Position numbers and translations under genes: made by a program
Notes under the pieces: generated by a model
Seen by the model: only the letters and a program-made list of their open reading frames with translations
What the model was told of the DNA's origin: nothing
Databases searched by the model: none
In this document: in pieces, positions 1 through 9,613 of the stretch
Position numbering within the stretch: position 1 is the stretch's first letter
How the letters are laid out: each line of letters opens with the position of its first letter
Assembly (NCBI GenBank): GCA_030698625.1
Contig: JAUYMS010000026.1
Location: forward strand, 14,841 to 78,840
From: Candidatus Omnitrophota bacterium
GTDB lineage: Bacteria; Omnitrophota; Omnitrophia; Omnitrophales; Aquincolibacteriaceae
DNA: 64,000 nt
Direction: 5' to 3'

Positions 1-342
1 ACCGAGGCTATTGGCTAAAATGTCGTGAATCTGAAAGGAGCGGGTTCCTATCGCAGGCTGAAGAAACTCGACACTAAGCCCTAACAAGATCATGCCCACA
101 GCAAGCTTGTTGTGGTGGACCCGTTTGACGAGTTGCGCAAACCATAGGGTCAGCAAGAAATACGTCGAGACGTGCAGCGTACTATCACAGCGGAGGAAAA
201 GCGGCAAACCCAGAGCGGCCAGGGAGTTGAGAGACCAAGCAATCCCGTTCTTTGATATTGGGGTAACGGCAAAGACAACCATGACTGAAATCAAGGTTAC
301 ACCTAAAGCCAACCATATCTTTGTCAAATTAAGGGGTCTCAT
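1..342 (-). CDS. VanZ-like membrane protein (3' end beyond window edge)
   Basis: Not in ORF track. Manual translation from ATG at 342: MRPLNLTKIWLALGVTLISVMVVFAVTP...DSTLHVSTYFLLTLWF...LSVEFLQPAIGTRSFQIHDILANSLG, matching VanZ motifs (DxxxH..Y, E.LQ...R....D...N..G). Frame stays open to position 1. Confidence 0.75.
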   Translation of the reverse strand, partial: MRPLNLTKIWLALGVTLISVMVVFAVTPISKNGIAWSLNSLAALGLPLFLRCDSTLHVSTYFLLTLWFAQLVKRVHHNKLAVGMILLGLSVEFLQPAIGTRSFQIHDILANSLG

Positions 343-486
343 ATGAAATTCACGCTCGGGTAAGATTTTTCAAAGCAGATTGTGCATCATAGCGCGTTTC
401 CGCCAAATGGAAAGTGGTATTTCCGGCGGGGCGTCAAGAAGGAAGGTTCTGATAGATTTTCCGAAGGAATGCTATAAAATACTAAC

Positions 487-879
487 ATGGATGATAAGAA
501 GATACAGCTACTGCAATTTCTGGTCTGTAAGGGTTTCAGTGCCCAGAGCAATGACTGCTATACAGGCGAGTCAGTCTTGAGCAATATTTACGTACCCAAA
601 TTTCCCTTCTACTTCGACAATCTCTTCGCAGTGACGTGTTGGCGCAAGGATGAGCGCTTTCACAAGGAAGTGATTCAATACGTCACGGGGTACGGCACAT
701 CAACAAAGAGTCCCCATATGGACATTGAGCCCCTCAGGGATAGCGTCCTTTTTCGGTGGCATAAACATCGCTTCCCCACTAATTTCGCCATCGAAGAGCC
801 CACCCAGCTAACCGTACAGGTCGTTCTCGATTGGGAAGTCAAATTTGAAACCTATATCCTGATCGAAAAGAGACGCTGA
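487..879 (+). CDS. hypothetical protein (130 aa, beta-rich)
   Basis: Protein-like composition; TGcTATAAAAT element at 470-480 lies 6 nt before the ATG; family not recognised. Confidence 0.7.
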   Translation: MDDKKIQLLQFLVCKGFSAQSNDCYTGESVLSNIYVPKFPFYFDNLFAVTCWRKDERFHKEVIQYVTGYGTSTKSPHMDIEPLRDSVLFRWHKHRFPTNFAIEEPTQLTVQVVLDWEVKFETYILIEKRR

Positions 880-1023
880 CTATTCCACAGGCAAGGTTTC
901 CTCTGCGGCCCGTTGGCTGCTAACGTCCTTACGGGAAACGAGATCAAGTTCCTCAAGACCGCTGGCACATCCCGAAAGATAAATAACGGCCGCTAATATT
1001 ATCAATCCTGCTCGCTTTTTCAT
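880..1023 (-). CDS. small lipoprotein (47 aa)
   Basis: Not in ORF track. MKKRAGLIILAAVIYLSGCASGLEELDLVSRKDVSSQRAAEETLPVE*; AGGAGG RBS 5 nt upstream, overlapping the pncB stop; basic N-terminus, hydrophobic stretch and LSGC lipobox. Confidence 0.75.
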   Translation of the reverse strand: MKKRAGLIILAAVIYLSGCASGLEELDLVSRKDVSSQRAAEETLPVE

Positions 1024-1032
1024 GACTTCCTC

Positions 1033-2463
1033 CTAGGCACTTGTATATTCTTTTGATCGCTTCGCAAAAAGCTTCTCTTTCATGCGGAATAATTTCTGGG
1101 TAATTCCGACCCTATAAGTATGCGGGTAATAAAAGCGTTTGTGTTCATCCGGAAGGAGCGCAAGGCGTTCGCGAGCATAAGCACGTGCCTGCTCCACCCC
1201 CTGCCCTTTAAGCAAGAATTTACCGTTCTTCATAACCTGTCTCAGCAGAACCTCCCCCTTCAAACCACGGACCGGGGTTGTCGCGTATTCAAAAAAGGGA
1301 TGAATCACCTTTCCCGGCTTACTCTCGTCTTCCATGCCGATCGCATCTAAAAGAAACTGCTTACTGTCGGAATAAAAACGCCAGGTGCGCTTTCTTCCAG
1401 GTTCGTTCATTTTTTCGAGATTGTCAGAGATCTTAATTTCCGAATGCCCTTCAATCATACACAGTTTATAGACCATGTCCAGAGCAGGCTCGTCATATGC
1501 AGTTGAGAGCTTTGTTCCCACGCCGAACCCGTCGATGCGGGCATTCTGTTTCAACAAGCTCTCAATGATATATTCGTCAAGCGAGCCCGAAGCGAAAATA
1601 AGAATCTCCGGGTAGCCGGCTTCATCAAGGGCCGCACGCAGTTTCTTGCTGAGATAGGCCAGATCGCCGCTGTCGATGCGAACGCCGCGTATCGCAATTC
1701 CCTCACGTCGCAATATTTGCAGCGTTTGCAGAAGGTGCGGTAGACCGCTTTTTAACGTGTTGTAGGTATCGATCAGGAGAACGGTCTTTTCGCGCTGAAT
1801 TCTTGAAAATTCAAGAAACGCCTTCTTCTCATCCCGAATGGCTTGGATCCAGCTGTGTGCCTGTGTCCCAAAAACCGGAACACCATAGATCTGGCCGCAC
1901 ATCACATTCGATGTGCCGTCAACTCCGCCGATGTATGCAGCGCGCGAGGCTGCAATTCCTGCAAGCCCTTGAGCTCGTCTGAGACCGAATTCCAGTACGC
2001 TCCGCCCCTCCGCGGCACGCACGATACGCGAAGCCTTTGTCGCAACCAGCGAAGGAAAATGAACAAAATTGATGAGGAGCGTCTCGGCCAGTTGACATTC
2101 CAGGAGACTCCCTTCAACTCGAAGAAGCGGCTCGCGTGGGAAGACCACCTCACCTTCGATCACGCTCTCGGCAGATAATCGAAACCGAAAACGCTCTAAA
2201 TAAGTGAGAAACGACGGGGCGAAGCCGAGCCGCTTCAGATAGGCCAGATCTTGCCGCTGAAAGCGAAGGCCGGACAAGACACGCAACGCTTCGTCCATGC
2301 CCACTGCCAATAGGTAACCCCCTTTGAAAGGATTACTGCGAAAGAAGAGGTCGAAGACGGCGTGTTGACGATGACGACCGGTCAGGAAATAGCCCTGGGC
2401 CATGGTCAGCTGATATAGATCGGTGTAAAGAGGTGTGAGTTGAGATAATCCCGGGGATTCCAT
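1033..2463 (-). CDS. pncB: nicotinate phosphoribosyltransferase
   Basis: LYTDLYQLTM, EFGLRRAQG, GTQAHSW, LIDTY, GVRIDSGDL and FGVGT motifs. Confidence 0.95.
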   Translation of the reverse strand: MESPGLSQLTPLYTDLYQLTMAQGYFLTGRHRQHAVFDLFFRSNPFKGGYLLAVGMDEALRVLSGLRFQRQDLAYLKRLGFAPSFLTYLERFRFRLSAESVIEGEVVFPREPLLRVEGSLLECQLAETLLINFVHFPSLVATKASRIVRAAEGRSVLEFGLRRAQGLAGIAASRAAYIGGVDGTSNVMCGQIYGVPVFGTQAHSWIQAIRDEKKAFLEFSRIQREKTVLLIDTYNTLKSGLPHLLQTLQILRREGIAIRGVRIDSGDLAYLSKKLRAALDEAGYPEILIFASGSLDEYIIESLLKQNARIDGFGVGTKLSTAYDEPALDMVYKLCMIEGHSEIKISDNLEKMNEPGRKRTWRFYSDSKQFLLDAIGMEDESKPGKVIHPFFEYATTPVRGLKGEVLLRQVMKNGKFLLKGQGVEQARAYARERLALLPDEHKRFYYPHTYRVGITQKLFRMKEKLFAKRSKEYTSA

Positions 2464-2470
2464 GACGTCT

Positions 2471-2857
2471 CTACCGAACTAACTGCTTTTTGATGAAAGC
2501 CAAAAGGACCTCCCCGCTGACGGGCTTCGTCAGATAGGGATAGCCGTCGATCTTCCGCTTGCCTGCATCGATGTCATCGATGTCATCAGCAACACCCGTA
2601 AAAAATACAATGGGCGTATTTTTGAAGTCCGGATCTTTTTTAAGCTGACTCGCCAACTCCCGGCCCGATAAATCAGGCATCGAGATATCCAGCAGAATAA
2701 TGTCGGGTCGCAAGGCCTTTGCCGACGCCAGCCCCTGAGTCGAGAAATTTACGGGATGCACCTCGCATTCCCAGGCCTCTTCTAAATAGACCTTGGTAAT
2801 GGTCGTATAATCCTGTTCATCGTCTACCATGAGAATCTTGGGTTTAGTCATAAACAT
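2471..2857 (-). CDS. single-domain response regulator (CheY-like)
   Basis: ILMVDDE, PDIILLDISMP, FFTG, LTKPV: intact receiver residues. Confidence 0.9.
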   Translation of the reverse strand: MFMTKPKILMVDDEQDYTTITKVYLEEAWECEVHPVNFSTQGLASAKALRPDIILLDISMPDLSGRELASQLKKDPDFKNTPIVFFTGVADDIDDIDAGKRKIDGYPYLTKPVSGEVLLAFIKKQLVR

Positions 2858-3676
2858 TCATCGGATTCTTTGGGCTTCCTCTTGAGAATTCCGGTCAATC
2901 GCACCGTGGTTGAGGGGGCCATGTCCTTGACCTAAGTCGAGCCCGGTTCGAATCGCCCGAGTCACATACGCCTTTGCATTCTCGACCGCCTTCGCTAATT
3001 CTTGCCCCTTTGCCAATTCGACCGTTACAGCGGCCGAATACGTACAGCCTGTCCCATGAGTATGCCGTGTGTCAAAATATTCTGAGGAAAACCATAATTC
3101 ACGTCCCTGCCAAAAGAGTAAATCGCGAGAATACTCGCCTTCGAGGTGCCCGCCCTTGATAAGAACGGCCTTTGCCCCTAGATCCGCTATAGCCCGGGCC
3201 GCCTCCGGAAAATCGTCATGGCTTTTGACGGATCTTCCGGAAAGTAACTCGGCTTCCGGCATATTGGGCATTATCACGGCGGCATGCGGCATTAACTTCT
3301 TCACCAGCATCCGCTTCGCATCGTCATCCATAAAAACAACGCCATTCGTACTGGCAATCACCGGATCAATCACCAAAGGAAAAGCGAACCCTTTTGCCAG
3401 TTCGGCGATGACGTCAATAACCTCGGCAGAACCCAATGCCCCCGTCTTGACCGCTTGGGGCGGGATATCTTGGATAACGGTCGCGATCTGTGCCCGGACA
3501 AACTCGGGATCGAGGAATTTGACGCTTTGGACACCCCGAGTATCCTGTACCGTCAAGAGTGTCAGGGCGCCCATCCCAAAAACCCCATGACGCTCGAAGG
3601 TCTTTAGATCTCCTTGGAGTCCCGCTCCCCCCGAAGGATCAGAACCTGCGATCGTAAGCACGGCCAGCTTTTTCAT
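2858..3676 (-). CDS. thiD: hydroxymethylpyrimidine/phosphomethylpyrimidine kinase
   Basis: TIAGSDPSGGAGLQGDLKTF, KGGH, THGTGCT. Confidence 0.95.
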   Translation of the reverse strand: MKKLAVLTIAGSDPSGGAGLQGDLKTFERHGVFGMGALTLLTVQDTRGVQSVKFLDPEFVRAQIATVIQDIPPQAVKTGALGSAEVIDVIAELAKGFAFPLVIDPVIASTNGVVFMDDDAKRMLVKKLMPHAAVIMPNMPEAELLSGRSVKSHDDFPEAARAIADLGAKAVLIKGGHLEGEYSRDLLFWQGRELWFSSEYFDTRHTHGTGCTYSAAVTVELAKGQELAKAVENAKAYVTRAIRTGLDLGQGHGPLNHGAIDRNSQEEAQRIR

Positions 3677-3752
3677 AGGCCTGTAGTTTAACCTTGAACG
3701 CTTCTGGCATCCACCTAGAAAAATGAGCTACTTCTGCTATTATGTAGGGCTT

Positions 3753-5714
3753 ATGGACAACGCCTTTGAGTTCAAGTTAGACCGTTTCCAAGAAGAGGCC
3801 ATCAGCCACATTGACCAGGGTCACTCGGTCATCGTGGCTGCGCCTACAGGTGCGGGCAAAACCGTGATTGCAGAGTGGGCCCTAAAACGGGCTTTGGCTG
3901 AAAATCGCACAGTCATCTACACCGCCCCCATCAAAGCACTCAGTAATCAAAAATTTCGCGATTTTCGGGAAGAATACCCAGGTCAGGTGGGTATTGTGAC
4001 CGGTGACGTTTCGCTGAACCCGGATGCACCGATCCTCATCATGACCACTGAGATTTACCGCAACTCTCTCTTCGAAGGATCTGAGCGAATCAAAAAACTC
4101 GGCTGGGTCATTTTTGACGAAATTCACTATCTTGATGACCCTGAGCGAGGCACTGTTTGGGAAGAAGCCCTTATGTTTACCCCTCCGGAGGTTCATATAC
4201 TGGCATTGAGCGCCACCGTACCTAATGTCGACGAGTTGGCCGCATGGATCCGCTCGCTTCATGGGCGGAATATCGTCGTCGTCAAGGAGCATCACCGGCC
4301 CGTGCCGCTGGAGTTCCTTTATCAAGCCCAGGGTAGGATCCTCAGAAGTGTGGACCAGTTAAGCCGAATCGGCTATGAGGGCCGGTCCGATTGGCGTCCG
4401 CGAGGGCACAGGCATCGTGGACGGCATTGGCACCAATCCCACCGCGCAAAACCAAATCGCCTTGATACCATCATCCGCCAAATACTCGACAATAACCAGA
4501 TCCCGTGTATCTATTTCGCATTCAGCCGGCGTAAGACCGAGCACCTCGCCGAAGAAGCATGCTCCTTCGATTTTCTGAACGAAAACGAACAAAATGCGAT
4601 TGAAGCGCTCTACAACAGCCTTCTGGAGCGCCACCAATTGGCAGGAGAAAAATCGGCCGAGATCCTGCGCCCCTTCATTCGAAAGGGCATCGCCTATCAC
4701 CATGCGGGAATGCTCCCCACCCTAAAAGAGGTTGTCGAACAGCTTTTCACGAGCCGCTGCCTAAAGCTCATATTTACGACAGAGACATTCGCTCTGGGCA
4801 TCAACATGCCCGCGCGTGCTGTCATCTTCGACGAATTACAGAAGTACTACGGTACCGGCTTTAAAAACCTTACGACTCGTGATTTTTATCAAATGGCAGG
4901 ACGAGCCGGCAGGCGCGGCATGGATTCGAAAGGCTTCGTTTACATGCGCTTACGACCGCATGACATTACCCTTCAAGAGGTCGAACGTATCGTTTCGGGA
5001 AAGCCGGAGCCTATACGCAGTCAATTGAATGCAACTTACGCCACGCTTCTAAATTTGTACGGCGAACTGGGCCGAAAGCTTGTGTCCATATACCCTCAAA
5101 CTTTTCACCACTTCCAATCGCGGGAGCGCGGTCGCCGTCAAGGTGTGCAGGTTATCGAACAAAAACTGGACTTGCTGAAAGACATGGGCTACATCGATGC
5201 TGAGGGCCTCCTTCCGAAAGGAGAGTTTGCCATGTCCATGTTCGGTTACGAATTAATGCTGGGCGAGATGCAGGCGAACGGAGTCCTAGACGCCCTCAAC
5301 GAAATGGAACTTTGCCTTCTCCTCGTTTGCCTGGTATATGAACCGAGAAAAGGCGCACACCCGCCGCGACTGACCAAGGATATTGCCCGTATTTTAAAAA
5401 CGGCAGAATACTACCATAGCATCGTTCATCGCAAAGAAGCGGCACATCACGTACAACCGTATACTCGTCCGCCTCACGCGAATCTCGGGCCTGCGATATG
5501 GGCCTGGGGTCAGGGCGCAACATTTGACAGGTTGTTTCAGCTAACCGACGTCGACGAAGGCGGACTGGTGCGAAACTTTCGTATGGTTGTACAGCTGCTG
5601 CGGGAATTAAGGCACGCCAAGCACACTTCAGACCGGGTGCGAACCGTGGCGCGACGAGGCCAGAATCTTATCAGCCGCGACGTTATTGACGCGGAACGGC
5701 AATTGAGGGTTTAG
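3753..5714 (+). CDS. Ski2/HelY-like DEAH-box RNA helicase
   Basis: APTGAGKT, PIKALSNQK, DEIHY, LSAT, HHAG, TETFALGINMPA, QMAGRAGRRG; DSHCT-like C-terminus. Start moved from 3723 to 3753 because TGcTATTAT lies at 3735-3743. Confidence 0.9.
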   Translation: MDNAFEFKLDRFQEEAISHIDQGHSVIVAAPTGAGKTVIAEWALKRALAENRTVIYTAPIKALSNQKFRDFREEYPGQVGIVTGDVSLNPDAPILIMTTEIYRNSLFEGSERIKKLGWVIFDEIHYLDDPERGTVWEEALMFTPPEVHILALSATVPNVDELAAWIRSLHGRNIVVVKEHHRPVPLEFLYQAQGRILRSVDQLSRIGYEGRSDWRPRGHRHRGRHWHQSHRAKPNRLDTIIRQILDNNQIPCIYFAFSRRKTEHLAEEACSFDFLNENEQNAIEALYNSLLERHQLAGEKSAEILRPFIRKGIAYHHAGMLPTLKEVVEQLFTSRCLKLIFTTETFALGINMPARAVIFDELQKYYGTGFKNLTTRDFYQMAGRAGRRGMDSKGFVYMRLRPHDITLQEVERIVSGKPEPIRSQLNATYATLLNLYGELGRKLVSIYPQTFHHFQSRERGRRQGVQVIEQKLDLLKDMGYIDAEGLLPKGEFAMSMFGYELMLGEMQANGVLDALNEMELCLLLVCLVYEPRKGAHPPRLTKDIARILKTAEYYHSIVHRKEAAHHVQPYTRPPHANLGPAIWAWGQGATFDRLFQLTDVDEGGLVRNFRMVVQLLRELRHAKHTSDRVRTVARRGQNLISRDVIDAERQLRV

Positions 5715-6943
5715 AAGTAGGTATAGAGCCAGTCGCGTGCCGAGGAGAGCGTCTTTTCAAGCACACCGCGCGATTCGAGGAGCCGCTCATTGTCAGGCGC
5801 ACAGTACGCAAGCCAGTAATACATACCGAGCCCACCGCCGAGGGCCGTGTCCACGAGCAGTTCATGCGGCGCTTCCACTTTGCGCACTTGCCCCAAACGT
5901 GCTTCGCACTCAAACTCCCGGTGTATAAATTCCAGGGCACCCTGCGGTGACACCGGCCCCCCTGTAAAAACATAATGGGGATAAAACAGTTTCTCGTCCC
6001 GTGCAAAACTCTCCGCTTCAGCCATGATCTTGCCCATCCAATCTTTGGCTTGCATGAGAAACTGAACAGAGAATTCCTGCCTCGTAACGGACCGGTTTGT
6101 TTTACCGTTGCGGTCCACTAAAGGAATCAGCTCCTGTTCAAAACCTTTTGGAACCTCATAACCGGCAAACTGCTCTTTGACCCGCCGCGCATCATGAACT
6201 CCGATTTGCCACTGCTCGGCAATGCTTTTCGTTAACTCATGCCCGCCGATGGGAATATAGCGTGACCCGCTAAGATACCCGTTCTTCCACAAAACCAGAT
6301 GGGTCATGTCATCAACGACGTCAACGAACAGTGTGCCCTCTTGCTTTTCCTGATCCGTCAACACGGCTTCCGACTGGACCAGGTTCTTCGGGAAATAACC
6401 CAGCACGTCAATATCAAGCATTTCAAAGGACTTTGAAAGATTCCGGTAATGGTGAAACTCCATCGTAAAGATTTTGAGATTGACGCCCAACCGAACGGCC
6501 TCCAAGGCTAGCGGATTTCTCACATCCGCCATGTCATTGACGAGAAACGACTCGGGAACGGCCTGGAGGACATACTCAGAAAGCGGCAGGGTCGCAACAC
6601 TCTTGGTTTGCTCAATACAGGCGCGCACCTCATGAGATGTGATGGAACGCCTTTGTCCGTTGTAATATTGTGAACTGGTAAAAGTGTAGGTCTTAAGTTT
6701 AGCATTACCCAAAACAACATGCGCACGCAACTCCCCGCTGGGGCGCGGGCACCCGACAGATTCGATAAGCGATTCGATGGACTGGCATGCGTCTTCCAGG
6801 TTCGTGACCAAACCCCCTTCAAAACCCTGCGGGTTAATACAATCTTTATACCGCAATACCTGCGGGCGGCCGTCCTCAACTTGGCCGATAAAGCAGGCTA
6901 TCCGGCGCGTTCCAATATAGAATACGATATCTTGAGTCGCCAT
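5711..6943 (-). CDS. ftsA: cell division protein FtsA (divergent ATP-site motifs)
   Basis: Follows ftsQ; AVLTDQEKQEG, IPIGGHELTKSIA, VFTGG, C-terminal amphipathic helix ending DWLYTYF. Confidence 0.85.
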   Translation of the reverse strand: MATQDIVFYIGTRRIACFIGQVEDGRPQVLRYKDCINPQGFEGGLVTNLEDACQSIESLIESVGCPRPSGELRAHVVLGNAKLKTYTFTSSQYYNGQRRSITSHEVRACIEQTKSVATLPLSEYVLQAVPESFLVNDMADVRNPLALEAVRLGVNLKIFTMEFHHYRNLSKSFEMLDIDVLGYFPKNLVQSEAVLTDQEKQEGTLFVDVVDDMTHLVLWKNGYLSGSRYIPIGGHELTKSIAEQWQIGVHDARRVKEQFAGYEVPKGFEQELIPLVDRNGKTNRSVTRQEFSVQFLMQAKDWMGKIMAEAESFARDEKLFYPHYVFTGGPVSPQGALEFIHREFECEARLGQVRKVEAPHELLVDTALGGGLGMYYWLAYCAPDNERLLESRGVLEKTLSSARDWLYTYF

Positions 6944-6959
6944 TGTGTCGCGAAACCCC

Positions 6960-7775
6960 TTACCCTCGTCTGCGTTTTACGATTACGTCGTCAAACTGAA
7001 GATCAATATATTCGATGGTGTTGCGGCCCGGACCTTCCAGGAGTGAAAAAATCTTTTCCAACGCCTCGATCCGTTCATCGGGGCGAGGCCCCAGGAGGAC
7101 TTCAGGTCCTCCGTTCAGTGTGACTGCAATATTGCCTAAATGATCAATGCGGATGTTGGTAATAGTCTCGGTTTGGGCCATGGAGTGTTTCCAATACTTC
7201 TTGATAAAGTCGACTGCCTCAAAATAGGCGCTGTCCCGCACTCTCTTGCCAACGCGAGGCTGCTTTAAGCTGGTTCCAAAAGCGTCGATGGCGACGAGGG
7301 GGGCGCTCTTCTTGAGAACAACATCTAGAATCATGCCGTCTTCGGCGATAAGTCCATAGCGCCCCTGTGGAGTGAAACGAATATAAGCGACGGGGCCTCT
7401 CGTCTCCACTTCTACCTTCAAGGTGGAAGGAACTTGGCGGGTGACACGCGCTCGCCGAATGAGCGGATCGGTTTCCAATCGCTTCGCCACTCGCGTCAAA
7501 TCAACCATGAGGATATTCTCCCCTAGTAATTCCGTATGCAGCTGCTTGCTCTGTCCCGCGGATAATACACCGGCCGGCTCAATGATAACTCGATCAACGG
7601 CAAGGGCGTTATCGGCATAGAGCGCTTCGCGAACGCCCAGGAGAAGGCCGACCAAGAGAACCGCCGTCACCACGGTAGGAAAGAGTTTCCGAAGCAACGC
7701 GAATAGATTGATAAAGGCCGACTCTATGGCTTTGAGGAGACCTCCTCGGCGACCTCGTTTACGCCTTCTAGCCAT
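6960..7775 (-). CDS. ftsQ: cell division protein FtsQ/DivIB
   Basis: Basic N-terminus, one TM helix, POTRA-like segment (VTRQVPSTLKVEVE), terminal YIDLQF motif. Confidence 0.85.
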   Translation of the reverse strand: MARRRKRGRRGGLLKAIESAFINLFALLRKLFPTVVTAVLLVGLLLGVREALYADNALAVDRVIIEPAGVLSAGQSKQLHTELLGENILMVDLTRVAKRLETDPLIRRARVTRQVPSTLKVEVETRGPVAYIRFTPQGRYGLIAEDGMILDVVLKKSAPLVAIDAFGTSLKQPRVGKRVRDSAYFEAVDFIKKYWKHSMAQTETITNIRIDHLGNIAVTLNGGPEVLLGPRPDERIEALEKIFSLLEGPGRNTIEYIDLQFDDVIVKRRRG

Positions 7776-8754
7776 TCTTATTTCCTCCTCGCGCCGTCTT
7801 TGGCTTCAGGCGACGGCGGTTCGCGTAGCTAAGTAGTTCACAGCACAAAGATTCGAATGAGTATCCTGCGGACCGTGCAGCTTTGGGTAATAGACTCAAT
7901 TCCGTAAACCCGGGTATCGCGTTGACCTCAAGCACATAGGGCCGCCCCTCTGCATCAGCCATAATATCCACCCGCGAAAGATCCCGCAGGCCTAGGGCCG
8001 AGTGCGCTGCTAAGGCAAGCCGCTGAAGCTTGTTTGCAAACCTCATCGGAATCGGCGCCGGAACCAAATACCGGCAAAGACCTCGAGTGTATTTAGCGCG
8101 ATAGTCGTAAAACTCGCGCTTGGGCCTCAACTCGATAACGGGTAAGGCTTGCTTCCCAAGAATACCAACAGTGTACTCCCGGCCTGTAATCTTCCTCTCC
8201 GCAAGGATACGGCCGTACTTTGCCACGGAACGGCTCAATCTTCTACAACTCTTACGGTAATCTTTAACACAGTAAATACCAAGGCTGGATCCGCAAGCTA
8301 TCGGCTTTACAAAAAACGGGGCAGGAAACCGTCCCAACTTAGAACGCCAATTACCCGCGTGAACCACTATCGACTCGGGCGTCGGAATCCCCTTACGGCG
8401 AAAGCGCCGTTTCGCATCCACTTTATTATAGGTATCTCTGCAGCCGGCAACGCCCGATCCCGTATACGGAATATGCTTACGTTCCAAGAACCTCTGCATG
8501 ACGCCATCTTCGCCGCCATCTCCATGGAGTGCGACAAAGGCGAGATCAATCTCGGTAAGCGCGCTATTAAATTTCTTAGCATCCCTCGGATCAAGGGTTT
8601 TTGTGTAAAATCCAACTCGTTGAAGAGCCTGGGCTACAGCTTTTCCCGACCGAAGCGAGATTCCTCTTTCCGGCGAACTTCCGCCGCACAATACACCTAT
8701 CTTAAGATCCTTGGATAAACCGGACCTCCGGCTCAAGCGATATGCCGGTTTCAT
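7768..8754 (-). CDS. ddl: D-alanine--D-alanine ligase
   Basis: GGSSPERGISLRSG, ALHGDGGEDG, FYDYRAKY, LEVNAIPGFT; true start could be TTG at 8736. Confidence 0.95.
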   Translation of the reverse strand: MKPAYRLSRRSGLSKDLKIGVLCGGSSPERGISLRSGKAVAQALQRVGFYTKTLDPRDAKKFNSALTEIDLAFVALHGDGGEDGVMQRFLERKHIPYTGSGVAGCRDTYNKVDAKRRFRRKGIPTPESIVVHAGNWRSKLGRFPAPFFVKPIACGSSLGIYCVKDYRKSCRRLSRSVAKYGRILAERKITGREYTVGILGKQALPVIELRPKREFYDYRAKYTRGLCRYLVPAPIPMRFANKLQRLALAAHSALGLRDLSRVDIMADAEGRPYVLEVNAIPGFTELSLLPKAARSAGYSFESLCCELLSYANRRRLKPKTARGGNKNG

Positions 8755-9613
8755 GTAAAACCTTCCTCTGAACCTCGCGCATCAGCTGCTCAAAATCATG
8801 CGCAGTTCCCTTCCCAAGATTAACAAAGAAATTTCCATGCATCGGAGAGACTTCGATCGCGCCCACTCTCAATCCCTTAAGGCCTGCGAGTTCGATCAGA
8901 ATCCCGGCGGTCGGTTTCCCCCCGCCGGGATTCTTGAATACGGAGCCTGAACTGGGATATCGAACATCTTGCGCCCGATTGCGATATTCAAAATTTGCGC
9001 TGATTTCCTTCGCGATCACCGACGGGTGACGCCGCCACAACCGGAACGTCACTTCCAGAACGATAAAGTCGCCGATATTACTCGAACGGTACCCGAAATG
9101 AAGCCTGTCTCGACCCCAAACTTGTGTTCTGCCGTCACATCCGATGACCTTGACGGATTCCACCAAATCTCCGGTTTCATTGATTTGCCCGTGAAAACGG
9201 CTGTATCCCGCATTCATCACAACGGAGCCGCCCACTGTGCCGGGGACGCTGGCAAGGAACTCAAGTCCTCCAACGCCGAGGTCTCGAGCCGCCAGAGCAA
9301 GCTGATGCAAAGCGACGCCACTGGAGGCGGTCAATAGGGGCTTGTGGGGATGGAGTTCGATACGATCCTTGTCAAAATGTATCAGACAAACGACCAGGCC
9401 ATGAAATCGATCATCGGAGAAAATAACGTTCGAGCCCTTCCCTAAAACCTGTACCCGCAGATCCCGTTCACGCGCAAAAGCAAGCGCTGAGGTCAAATCC
9501 TTCTCTGTTTTAGGAAGCGCAAAATATTCCGCAACTCCACCGACATGCATGGTGGAGTATGCCGCAAGCTTGATGTTACGCTGTAGTAAGCTGGATTCGG
9601 CTTGCAAATTCAT
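8702..9613 (-). CDS. murB: UDP-N-acetylenolpyruvoylglucosamine reductase
   Basis: GKGSN, PGTVGGSVVMNAG, FGYRSS, SGSVFKNP, HGNF, LEPEV; ATG at 9613 with a GGAG RBS. Confidence 0.95.
   Translation of the reverse strand: MNLQAESSLLQRNIKLAAYSTMHVGGVAEYFALPKTEKDLTSALAFARERDLRVQVLGKGSNVIFSDDRFHGLVVCLIHFDKDRIELHPHKPLLTASSGVALHQLALAARDLGVGGLEFLASVPGTVGGSVVMNAGYSRFHGQINETGDLVESVKVIGCDGRTQVWGRDRLHFGYRSSNIGDFIVLEVTFRLWRRHPSVIAKEISANFEYRNRAQDVRYPSSGSVFKNPGGGKPTAGILIELAGLKGLRVGAIEVSPMHGNFFVNLGKGTAHDFEQLMREVQRKVLHETGISLEPEVRFIQGS

Noticed and set aside
92-346. 84-aa plus-strand ORF
   Set aside because: It is antisense to the VanZ-like gene, which has recognisable motifs.
2566-2588. 9-bp tandem repeat encoding DDIDDID in the response regulator
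   Set aside because: A short in-frame loop repeat with no sign of phase variation.
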